Made by a program: the position numbers and the translations under genes. Under the pieces are notes generated by a model. It searched no databases, was not told the DNA's origin, and was given only the letters and a program-made list of their open reading frames with translations. A stretch of DNA of 63,639 bases, counting the filler, from Octopus bimaculoides (Eukaryota), in the NCBI RefSeq assembly GCF_001194135.2. It is 6 parts of 6 records of this genome, joined end to end, with 100 filler letters (N's around TTAATTAATTAA, not from the genome) between each part and the next. Parts side by side here need not be neighbours in the genome. Positions count along the whole stretch, not along the records: positions 45,717 to 58,114 come from NC_068994.1; positions 58,215 to 60,584 come from NC_068982.1; positions 60,685 to 62,491 come from NW_026340436.1; positions 62,592 to 63,639 come from NC_068987.1; 2 more parts are not named here. One strand, given 5' to 3'. This document shows, piece after piece, positions 52,851 through 63,639 of this stretch (its first letter is position 1; each line of letters begins with the position of its first letter).

Positions 52851-53392
52851 AAGGTTGGTGAAAGAGGAAGGGGAAGAAGAGAAGAAAGAAGTGGAGGCAG
52901 AAGAGGAAGAATAAGAATAATGAGGTGGAGGAAAGGAAGAAATGGGTGTGGGATAAGGTGGGGATGAGAGAAGAGCTTTGATGGGGTCAGTGATATCGAC
53001 AGCCAGAAGAGCAGGTACGCAAGTATAGAGGAAAACTACATCTAGCCTGTAAACACATTCTGGCTTGTGAAGAATATTTTTTCCCTATCATCATCATTCA
53101 CATTTTGTCTTTCCTATTAGCTTCAACTTCATTTATCACATCACACCTTCTAGCTCTATTTCTTACATTAATTCCATTCTTTTTTTCCTCAGTTAATGCA
53201 TTTTGTCATTCCTGATTCTCCTCTCTTTATACCTAATTCCTATTTCTTTTCCCAAGCTTTCCCTGTATCTTCTCCGCTTCTCTTGATTTAATTCTCAGTC
53301 ATGTTCTCTGAACATTGTCTGCCATAACACATCAAACTCTATCTTAGTAATAAAAATGATTTAAGAAACCCTTGGTATTATATAATTGGTAA

Positions 53393-53580
53393 TAAGGCAG
53401 TGAGTTGGCAGAATCGTTAGCATGCTGGGGAAAATGCTTAGGAGCATTTTATCTGTATGTTCTGAGTTCAATTTCCACCGGGGTTGGTAAAATAAGATGT
53501 AGTTGAACACTGGGGTTGATGTAACTGACGTAACTCCTGCCCCAAAATTGCTGGCCTTGTGCCAAAATTTGAAACCAATA
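53393..53580 (+). mobile_element. Second-family tRNA-derived SINE, internally deleted
   Basis: AAGGCAGTGAGTTGGCAGAATCGTTAGCA head, CTGAGTTCAATTTCC B-box, CTGGCCTTGTGCCAAAATTTGAAACC tail. Confidence 0.8.
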
Positions 53581-54920
53581 TGATATAGTTGGCAACACCT
53601 GTATGCATGATATACCATTACACATCTTTTATGAAGGTTAGGAACATGATTATTAATATATAGTTGGAAAAACTCCATATTCAGGACATACTTTTATACA
53701 TTTTTTATGAAAGAAGTTAGGAATACAATTAATATGCAAATAATAGAATAGATAGATGTTCAATCTTCACAATGAGCAGCCCCAAGACAAATGCATCAAA
53801 TCATCAGGTAGTGAGAGAAAGAGTGAAAGAAATACTACTAGCACATGCACACATACCAACTCTAACACTGTGTGCACATACACACATACTTCTCACTCAC
53901 TCATGCACAAATAATTGTCATCTGTGCATGTGCACCAGTTTTTATGTGTATATGTGCACCAGTTGTGTTCATATGTGTATGTGTGCCAATAGTTTACATG
54001 TGTATGTATGAGCATGTTTTAGTAGCATTTCTTTGAAGCTATCACACACACTTTTAACATCCCTTCTCCACAATGTGATGGGTTTTTTTACACTACAAGA
54101 ATCTATTGTTAGCACTTTACTACATATCTATGTGTGTGTATGTGTGAATGTACATCATCATCATTTAACAGTCATTTTCCATGTTGTGATGTGTTGAATG
54201 GTTTGACAGAATCTGGTAAGCTCCAGTGTCTGCTTTGGCATGTTTCATTCCCAATGCCAACTACCTTCTTGTGTGTATTGGTGGTTTTTTTTTGTGCCAC
54301 CGGTACTAGTGAAGTTGCCAAGTAAGTTGCAAAACAAAAAAAGAATAGGAAACAGAAAGGCTCCCATGACTGAATGGAGGGGATTTTAGAAGTGTGGCAG
54401 AAGTACAAGAACAGGTGTCCTGCTATAGATCTGATAATGCTATTTACCCTTATAATGTGGCTATTCTAAGTTATAAAGGTAAGTAGCGGTAATTGGGAAG
54501 ATGAAGATAAAAAAGATGGTGGTGATGGTGTGCCAGAGAAAAATCTCACGGTAGATAACAGGGAGTACAATCAGTGGATTAGGGTAGGGTGGGGGAAGAG
54601 GAGAGTGAATAGTTTCATGAGAATGTGAGAGAAGAGTCGCAAATGGTTAAAGAGTGGGTAGAGGTGGATGTACTGAATAATGTGCAAAGGTGGAAGTATG
54701 GTTGGTGGGAAATATCAAGTGTGGAGAGGAGGTAAGGTGAGAGAGATAGCAGTGGCTGAGGAAGGAGGATAAACATTAAGGTAGGGGGTGATGTGCAAGG
54801 TGTAGAGGGAAGTTACATAAGGGTGAGTGCAGTGGACAGGCATCATAAGGAATTTGAAAGGGTGTTGAGAATGATAGAAGATATGTTTAGAGATAAGATG
54901 GTTAAGCTCATTACCCCCAG

Positions 54921-55568
54921 TCCAAGAGTACTTAAGTCCCTGGTGACATGTGATGAAGACTGAATTTATTATCATGATCCAGAGACCAAGAGACAGAGTG
55001 CCAAATGGAAGTATCCTGGCTCCCCCAGACCCAAGAAAGTCAAGCAAAGTAAAAGTCCACCAGGAAGCTCATGATGTTCTCCTTTTCAACAGAAAGGGCA
55101 ACATCTACATCCACTGGGTTCCTTCTGTTCAAATGGTCAACAAAGAGTACTTTGTGGAGGTTTTGAGGGAGTTCAGGAAGAGATTTTATCACAAAAGGCC
55201 AGAGCACTTTCACAGGGGCTGGTGGCACCTGTCCACAATTCCCTCTTGGTAACCAACTACTTGACAGAGATGGGCATTGAAACTGTCCCTCAACGGCCTT
55301 ACAGTTAAGATCTTGCTCCCTGTAACTTTTGGTTGTTCCCCAAGCAGAAGGAGAACCTCAAGGTCAATCATTTTGAAGACATTGAGAAGGTGAAGGAGGC
55401 CGTGACAAGGGTCCTGGACATCTTCACTTTGAAGGACTTCCATGGGACCCTTATGAAATGGCTGGAGAACTAAAACAAGTGTATTGAACAAGATTAAAGT
55501 TTTGTACCTTTTTGAAATTAATAAATGTCTCTCCTGAAAAAGTCTCAAAGCTTCTGGAATGCACCTTG
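54921..55568 (+). mobile_element. mariner transposon 3' half (catalytic domain pseudogene plus right TIR)
   Basis: LVTCDE(T)..YHDPETKRQSAKWKYPGSPRPKK, WVPSVQMVNKEYFVEVLREFRKR and PQRPYS*DLAPCNFWLFPK (YSPDLAP motif). Ends in ...GAATGCACCTTG-TA, a mariner-type TIR plus TA. Confidence 0.92.
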
Positions 55569-56049
55569 TACTTCATCCTATGTCTTCCTCTTTCACAAGT
55601 TCCATTAACTTTAAGCTACTTGCACTTCTTTAGATATCTGTCCTCATTCATATGCATCACACGACCAAACGAGCAGTCGTCTCGCTTACATAGTATATCT
55701 GATTCCTCTTATGTCTAATTTTTCTATCAATACCTTAAGACTTTGTCATACATGCACACTGCTTTTGTACAGCAAAAAACAAAACAAAACAAAAAAAAGG
55801 CATATCAGCTTCATTCTTCTATAGTTTATGCATGTACCCTGCATTCATGGTTCACATCTTGTTAGTATATAGTATTGCAGTTCATACATGAGCATTTTAC
55901 AATTGGCCCTTCAATCTGAGAGACTTTTAGTGGCCAAGAGAAGCTATAACTCTCTGAACTTTCTCCATCTCATTCATATTGTAGCAACTATCTTTTCAAA
56001 ACAACCACCTCCACTGCTAAGTACATCACCTAGCTAACCTCAAGGGCAT

Positions 56050-56240
56050 TCTTTTATCATTTACTATTTTAGTCATGTTGGGGCTCTGCCTTGAAGAATT
56101 TTAGTCAAACAGATCGACTCCTAGTACTTGTTTTTTTTTTAAAGTCTGGTACTTATTCTATCGGTCTGTTTTGCTGAACTGTTAAGTTACAGGGATGTAA
56201 ACACACCAACACCTGTTGGTAACTGGGCATGGGGGAAACA
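56050..56240 (-). mobile_element. 3' half of the tRNA-derived SINE family
   Basis: GGTACTTATTCTATCGGTCTGTTTTGCTGAACTGTTAAGTTACAGGGATGTAAACACACCAACAC is the reverse complement of the family core. Confidence 0.8.
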
Positions 56241-56490
56241 CTAGCTACCTATCTCTATATATATGCATGTCTACACACACACACACATATATAAACATAC
56301 ATATATTATCATACACATAAATATAGACATAAACATATTCCTATATTCATATATATATATATATATGCAACAATATATATAAATGCATACATACATATAT
56401 ACATACATACACATATATATATAAATACATACACACATATATATATATATGCATACATACATATATACACATATGCATACATACACTTAC

Positions 56491-56544
<54 letters not shown>

Positions 56545-57427
56545 CATACACAGTATATATGGGCGTGTGAATATAATTTTTCTATCTATCTATCTATCCA
56601 GCAACATAAAAACATACATTATATACATACATACTTATACTGATACATATATACACATACATATACACATTATATACATACAAATACAAGCATTATGTAA
56701 ATATAAGAAATCTTGGGGAAAAAAACGTTCGTTTCTTTAGAAAATAAAACAAAATAAAAAGATGGATGCAGTTTGTTGTCCAGAGAGAGATGATGTAACC
56801 GTATGTAAGAAGAAAATCGCAACCTAATTATGTTTTTACGATAAAATTTATTCACAAGGCAAAGCAACACAGTGGATGGAAGTAAAAGAACGTACAAAAA
56901 GCAATAAAAAAGTGTAAAAAAACGGTAAAAAAGCTGTTTTGTGGATGTGTTTTGCAGAAGGGAATTTTTAGTTGTCACCGGCTTCGCCAATTGTCTACAT
57001 CGCCTCAAACTGCTGCTTTGTGATTTCGTTGAAATCTATATGGTAGGTTTTTACTTATATCAAATTGGCTTTTATCGATTAATATGATCTCTTGTACCAG
57101 GTCTGTTATCTTTCCTTACACTAATAGCGTTTAGAGGAAGCTGGTGAATCTTTCCAACATGTGTGTACATACGTGTGTGTCTGTGTGTTCGCTCTTTTGG
57201 TTAGGTAGTATTCATTCTCAGAATTTCTTGCATTCATAATGACCCTCCAGGATTATCTTCGCTGAAACGAATTACATAGTTGTTAGATTATCCGAAAACA
57301 GTTGGAAAAAAACAGGAAAAAACTCCTTTTTCCGATGCTTTATGTTCACAATAGGCTTGTTAAGGCGGAGAGACGTAAAATTTTTTTTAACTAATGTTTT
57401 CTGTGGATGACCTCCCTTGGAAATTAA

Positions 57428-57626
57428 CCCTTCAGCAACTAGTTTCGTCACTATTAAAAGCTTCCACTCACAACTGCAATAAGCATCTCTGTAATTATAC
57501 AATCATCATTTCTAGATATTGTGATCAAAACTTGCAGCTGAAAAATTTAACATATACTTATATTAATTTTATGTTTTATGTAAGAAAATATTTTTTACAT
57601 ATGTCATTCATTTTATAGCTAAAGGG
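57428..57626. mobile_element. TTAA-flanked MITE (piggyBac-type ends, interior unlike the 8.2 and 8.8 kb copies)
   Basis: TTAA-CCCTTCAGC ... GCTAAAGGG-TTAA. Confidence 0.7.
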
Positions 57627-58739
57627 TTAATAATTAAGGGAGCTAACTGCATTAATCCTAGCGGGGCGGGTTTTTTGCTCTTTATATTATGTATATTTGT
57701 ATGTTAGTTTTCAGAATTTTTTAAAACTTATTTATATATAATTTATTTGAGCGACAAAGTTAAAGCTTTTTTCTGTACCTAATTTGTGCTTCGCTATTGA
57801 GTTCAACTCTATCCCATCAAAGTCGACATTACTAATTTTCCGACGGTTAAATGGTGAAAAATAAAATAAATACAAAATACCAGCAAAATATTTTTTTCGT
57901 TATATAAATTGACCGTACAAGCTGCTGATCTTAATGATTATTAAAAAGAAGAATATATTTAAATTGAAACAGTTCAGCGAGCTGCGCGCGCGTACGTGAG
58001 TGTGTGTGTATTTATATCACATTTCTGTGAGTATATGTAGGTATATACATATATATGTACATACCTATATGTATGTATCTACCTATACATATGTATATAC
58101 ATACATACATATATNNNNNNNNNNNNNNNNNNNNNNNNNNNNNNNNNNNNNNNNNNNNTTAATTAATTAANNNNNNNNNNNNNNNNNNNNNNNNNNNNNN
58201 NNNNNNNNNNNNNNATTAGAAATAAATGAATTTTAAGTTAGTTAAAATATATTCGTGACATATTTCAACTTCTAAAGGCAAATTCACTGCAGTTATCGTG
58301 GATAAAAAATAATCCCACCAATGCAAAAACAGTTGTAAAAATACATTGTCTTCTAAGTATCTGCCACTAGCGGTCAATGGTATCTCCTAAGTTGGAGATA
58401 CCGAAGAGTGATAACTCGATTGAATTGTAAAGCCTTAGTTTTATCGTTAAGGAATTTAGGTTGGTTTTGAATGAGTGATCACGTAGCAAATGGTTAATTG
58501 CTTTTTCTACTTACCAGTATGGTTTGGATCTGCTCAAACGTTTACCAAAAATGTTAAATCCGTAGTTTAAATCCTTAGCCGGAGCGAATGAAAAAATGTA
58601 TTCATTTAGATATTTAATGAAATTGAATACGTGGTATATCACCTGGCGTATTCAAGGTTCCAATTCCTTTATGTTCAATTTATCAACAGCTTTTGTACCG
58701 CACAATGATTTTCTTGGAGAATTTTAACGTGGAGTTATA

Positions 58740-58952
58740 TAGGGTGTCCACAAAGTCTGGCTACATGGAGTAAATAAAATCATAACATAAAGAATTAAAT
58801 ATAAGAAATAATATTTCTGAAAGTATGTGTTAATCCCCATGTAGGTACATGGAGTAAATAAGATCATAACATAAACAATTAAATATAAAAAAATAATAAA
58901 TTTCTTAAAGTATGTGTTAATCCCCATGTACGCAGACTTTGTCGACACCATG
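58740..58952. mobile_element. Tc1/mariner-type MITE with an internal ~83-bp tandem duplication
   Basis: TA-TAGGGTGTCCACAAAGTCTG ... CAGACTTTGTCGACACCATG-TA (TIRs, TA TSD). Repeat units at 58762-58843 and 58846-58930. Confidence 0.82.
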
Positions 58953-60425
58953 TATGACTTACATTAATGACTTTTCATTTAAATAACTTATTCAATGTTG
59001 ACTTTATAATGTTTGTATTTAATGATTCATTAATAAATCTCCAATATTTATGTTGCATTTGAAATACTGCTGATAAATATTTATGCTTGGGCTAGTGCCT
59101 GACGTTTCTTCTGGAGTTATTCCATTCTTCAAGTTTCGAGGGTACATCAGTAACGACTTGACATTAAAATCATCGCTTGTATTTAGATTTTGTTATCATC
59201 AGTGAAACATTTTGTCTTCAATTTCTTTCGTTTTAATTTTTTAATGTCCTATCACTATTTTCATTTGCAACAAAAAGTTTTTCAGATTGTTTTGGAAAAT
59301 CCATGTCCTTTTCTACCAAATTTGATTTTCCTCTATGAAGCCTACAAATAATGCATTTTCTAATTGCATTCACATTGAATTGGTGATGCTCATGATAAAA
59401 CCTAGTTAAAATTCTTGCATAAATTTCTTGTTGATAATAAGTCTTTAAACCACATCATTCTTATGACTGAATTAACACTGCGCTACTTTGATGTTCGTTA
59501 ATGAGAAAAGTATTTTATGCATCATTCAGTTGTCATTTAATACGACAATCGTTTGCCTAAGTTTCAAACTACATTTAAGTAACGTGTTGCTATAGTAACA
59601 GTAATTTCATTTATTTGAGTTAGACAATTCAAAACTTTGCAGAAGTACAATAATAAACATAGACACTTCTCAGGTAATTGAAAAACTGAATGTTTTACAC
59701 TTCCAACCACTAGAAGCTATATATCTGTCAATACACATACACAAACAAAAAACAGTCGTTCGGAACTTTCAAGTGTTAAATCCCTCGGCATTTTCATTCA
59801 GCAAAATGATATATTCAGGCAGTACACGAAAATAAAGTCTTGTTTCGTTTGGGCTATAAATAATTTTTGAAATATTTCCAGCCATAATTTTTGAACACTT
59901 AATCCTAATCCACACAGCAGCTGATAAAAAGAATCAGCAACATTGTTCAGCATCGTGAACGAGTTTATACAGAAATACTATCACATTTTTCACCTGTTGT
60001 ACTATCTATTTCCTCGCAGAAATTTTTTCTACTTTCTGACACATCAGTGGTTCATTAATTTGAACATTCCGTTCAGGAACATTACGAAAGCAAATGCATT
60101 AAATGCTAACTCAATTTGACAGTCTTTCACCAGCTTATATTCTTTGCGAGGGTTGTTCTCATTAGTAAGTGATAATTTTCTAATAATAAAAACAGGTTTC
60201 TTTGTTTTTCAAAATATTACACTCATCAGTGGATTTGACATTTGACAATAAACAGCAGCGTTGCCCTGGCACATTTTGTACAACTTATTATAGAACTCTA
60301 ATATATTAAGATGCTCGCGCTGAAGTTAATTTTCACATTTCTTATTAAATGTTATCATTAACGTATGAGAATGACCATCATGAAAGAATTAACTATAAGG
60401 ATGAATATAAAGTGCTGGGAGTTTC

Positions 60426-60483
<58 letters not shown>

Positions 60484-60485
<2 letters not shown>

Positions 60486-60781
60486 GTTTCTTTATCAGCC
60501 ACACAGGGCTCAACACAGAGGGGACAAAATACAAATGTAGAGTTTTTCTTTTCGAGGGGGTCGAAAACAAAGCAGAAAAAAAAANNNNNNNNNNNNNNNN
60601 NNNNNNNNNNNNNNNNNNNNNNNNNNNNTTAATTAATTAANNNNNNNNNNNNNNNNNNNNNNNNNNNNNNNNNNNNNNNNNNNNTAAACACTCACAACGC
60701 CCGGTCTGGGAATCGAAACCGCGATCCTATGACACTGGGCCATTGCACTGGCCCTAAACACTGGGCCATTGCGCCTCCACA
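60484..60781 (-). mobile_element. tRNA-derived SINE spanning a gap, ending at a (TATC)n tract
   Basis: Head GTGGAGGCGCAATGGCCCAGTG (partly duplicated) with B-box GGTTTCGATTCCC; tail-like segment next to (GATA)n at 60425-60484. Confidence 0.65.
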
Positions 60782-61159
60782 CATACATACATACATACAT
60801 ACATACATGGGACCACAAAGAAAATATATGCTCTGTTGTGGAAATCAGCTATTCTCTGGATATGAATGTTAGAAAAATGCAAGAGAAAGAGGACATCTAT
60901 GGACCATTGATAAGGAGTTTGCAAATCCAGTACCCAAGATACACTTTCAGCTTTTTTTATGAGTACTACCAGATTACTTGAATCCATATATTTGACACCA
61001 CTGGGCTCTGACTTCGACATTCCCTTTCATCCTTTCAGGTCGATAAATGAAATACAAATCCAACACTGAAGTTGATTCTTCTCTCTTTCTTTGGAACAAA
61101 AAAAATCAGTATTCATCCTTGGAGAGTAACTAAGATTTCATCAGTTGTTAATTCACCCC

Positions 61160-61179
61160 ACTGTCTATCCATCCATCTG

Positions 61180-61231
<52 letters not shown>

Positions 61232-61233
61232 CC

Positions 61234-61270
<37 letters not shown>

Positions 61271-61340
61271 GACGGTCTGTCTGACTGTCTGTCTGACCGT
61301 CTGTCTGTCTTTATGTTTGTCTGTCTCTCTCTTTATGCCC

Positions 61341-61404
<64 letters not shown>

Positions 61405-61910
61405 GTATGTATGTCTTTCTTTCTCTCTCTCTCCATCTCTCTCTCTCTCCATCTCTCTCTCTCTCNNNNNNNNNNNNNNNNNNNNNNNNNNNNNNNNNNN
61501 NNNNNNNNNNNNNNNNNNNNNNNNNNNNNNNNNNNNNNNNNNNNNNNNNNNNNNNNNNNNNNNNNNNNNNNNNNNNNNNNNNNNNNNNNNNNNNNNNNNN
61601 NNNNNNNNNNNNNNNNNNNNNNNNNNNNNNNNNNNNNNNNNNNNNNNNNNNNNNNNNNNNNNNNNNNNNNNNNNNNNNNNNNNNNNNNNNNNNNNNNNNN
61701 NNNNNNNNNNNNNNNNNNNNNNNNNNNNNNNNNNNNNNNNNNNNNNNNNNNNNNNNNNNNNNNNNNNNNNNNNNNNNNNNNNNNNNNNNNNNNNNNNNNN
61801 NNNNNNNNNNNNNNNNNNNNNNNNNNNNNNNNNNNNNNNNNNNNNNNCCATCTCTCTCTCTCTCCATCTCTCTCTCTCTCCATCTCTCTCTCTCTCCATC
61901 TCTCTCTCCA

Positions 61911-61978
<68 letters not shown>

Positions 61979-61982
61979 CCTC

Positions 61983-62015
<33 letters not shown>
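61160..62015. repeat. (TCTA)n/(TCTG)n/(TC)n compound microsatellite with a gap; similar (GA)n/(GATA)n tract at 23455-23720
   Basis: Seen directly. Confidence 0.95.
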
Positions 62016-62016
<1 letters not shown>

Positions 62017-62633
62017 AGTGCTTATATATTTATTTCATTTCAAATTTCCGTATATTTTATTCATTTTACTAAGTGTCCACTTCATTATAGACATGTTACA
62101 TATTTGGTTTTTATTTACGTAGGCTGCATTATATAAACATAATACAAATATATACAGGACATTCACTATTTCCAGAGGATGTCTTTAAAACGAAAATGAA
62201 AGACGACCGATGTGAGAGAGAGAGAGGGTGAGAGAGGGGGAAGAAAGAAAGAGTAAAAGAGACAGACAGAGGGAATTTTAGAGAAAACGAGAGGAAGAAA
62301 AAGGAGAAAAATAAATATAGTATAAAAGACAAAAAGAGAATGCGAGAAAGAGAATGAAAAGAAAGGGAGATGGGGTGAGGGAGTGTGTTTGTGCGTGACT
62401 GGTGCGTGCGTATGGAAGACAAATTTGAAGGAGGCGGATAATCAGTCAAACTTTGAAAGAGTGAGATGTGGGCAGAGATGCAGAAAGAAAGNNNNNNNNN
62501 NNNNNNNNNNNNNNNNNNNNNNNNNNNNNNNNNNNTTAATTAATTAANNNNNNNNNNNNNNNNNNNNNNNNNNNNNNNNNNNNNNNNNNNNTATATATTA
62601 TTGCAATAGTAATATCTGTTGTGTGCTGGACAA

Positions 62634-62797
62634 TAGTGGGTGTGTAGTAAGAAGCTTGCTTCCCAACCACATGGTTCCGGGTTCAGTCCCACTAGGTGAC
62701 TAGGTGGCACCTTAGACAAGTATTTTCTACTGTAGCCTTGGGCCCGACTAAAGACTTGTCAGTGGATTTGGTAGTCGGAAACTGAAAGAAGCCCATC

Positions 62798-62869
<72 letters not shown>

Positions 62870-63061
62870 TTGTGTGTCCGTGTTTGTCCCCCCACCATCG
62901 CTTGTCAACTTAGTAGTTCGGGGAAAAGAGACCGATAGAATAAGTACTAGGGTTACAAAGTAACTAGGGTCCTGGGGTCGATTTGCTCAACTAAAGGCGT
63001 TGCTCCATCATGGCCGCAGTCAAATGACTGAAACAAGTAAAAGAATTAAAGAATAAAAGAA
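62634..63061 (+). mobile_element. Full-length tRNA-derived SINE with an internal (TA)n(TG)n tract
   Basis: GTAAGAAGCTTGCTTCCCAACCACATGGTTCCGGGTTCAGTCCCAC head through to the CAAATGACTGAAACAAGTAAAAGAATTAAAGAATAAAAGA tail. Confidence 0.9.
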
Positions 63062-63608
63062 AATACCTAATGTTAAACATGGGCTTTCATATACAGCTTA
63101 ATCTATACTTAGGTAAATAAGTTAGTTTTCATTAAACATTACTAACCTGGGGAACCTTTTGATACCGCCTCGTATTCTCAGTGAAGGACATTCTATGTAA
63201 GAAATGATGAAATATCTCATAAGTTAAGGCTAAGGTAACAGTTAATTCTTTTCCAATCCAATCACAATTATCCTCAATTTATTCTACTCTAATTAGAGAA
63301 GGATGACTAGTTCCAAAGAAATGGCGAGCACCATTTGGTGAAACTGTAACTCGGTTTAATACAATAAGTGAAGAGCTGAAAAAGATATCAGTCCACCGAC
63401 AAACCAAAATTTAAATATGATAAACAGTATATAAAGTCAAACGCTACACAAATTGCATAGGTCTCTTATGTTCACAGGAGTGCACATGTTTATAACACAA
63501 ACATATAGCTTTATGCATGGACAAAAAATATGTATGTTTGCAATATATATAATATCATATTTGCTATTGTTTTATATAAATATATTCTTGAATATATCTA
63601 TAAATATA

Positions 63609-63639
<31 letters not shown>

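Noticed and set aside
59098-59135. Second hammerhead-like string (reverse: TTGAAGAATGGAATAACTCCAGAAGAAACGTC)
   Set aside because: It has a 4-bp stem, but the core deviates at C3 and GAAA and no cleavage site or stem I is present.
63145-63200. 46-nt AG/GT-bounded minus-strand segment (MSFTENTRRYQKVPQ)
   Set aside because: It overlaps TACGAGGCGGTATCAAAAGGTTCC, which looks like a solitary mariner TIR remnant. No support as an exon.

Overview
This is AT-rich, microsatellite-saturated animal genomic DNA from a gapped draft scaffold. The SINE, MITE and microsatellite content is most consistent with an Octopus (coleoid cephalopod) genome; that assignment is an inference from recalled repeat families. 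Only one protein-coding gene is well supported: the last three coding exons (614-704, 3539-3688, 10279-10433, + strand) of a GH18 di-N-acetylchitobiase (CTBS)-like protein. Unlike soluble lysosomal CTBS, it ends in a glycine-rich transmembrane helix and a 26-aa cytoplasmic tail. Its last intron holds an internally deleted piggyBac, an inverted pair of TTAA-MITEs, an RTE LINE with a 5' inversion, and a ~600-bp imperfect palindrome ending ~65 bp before the TM exon. The rest of the window is transposon fossils (RTE, CR1-like, R4/Dong-like, Penelope, mariner, hAT and piggyBac MITEs, tRNA-derived SINEs) and simple repeats. CpG density alternates in blocks: poor at 1-19.4 kb and ~46-56.6 kb, rich at ~19.6-45.8 kb and beyond 56.7 kb. 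This pattern suggests methylated transcription units, and the second poor block contains a good candidate spliced but apparently non-coding + strand transcript. No multi-gene novel system could be supported. The best leads are the membrane-anchored chitobiase-like protein with its dsRNA-rich last intron, and the cryptic unit at 46-56 kb. Almost all ORFs in the supplied track are microsatellite or N-gap artefacts.
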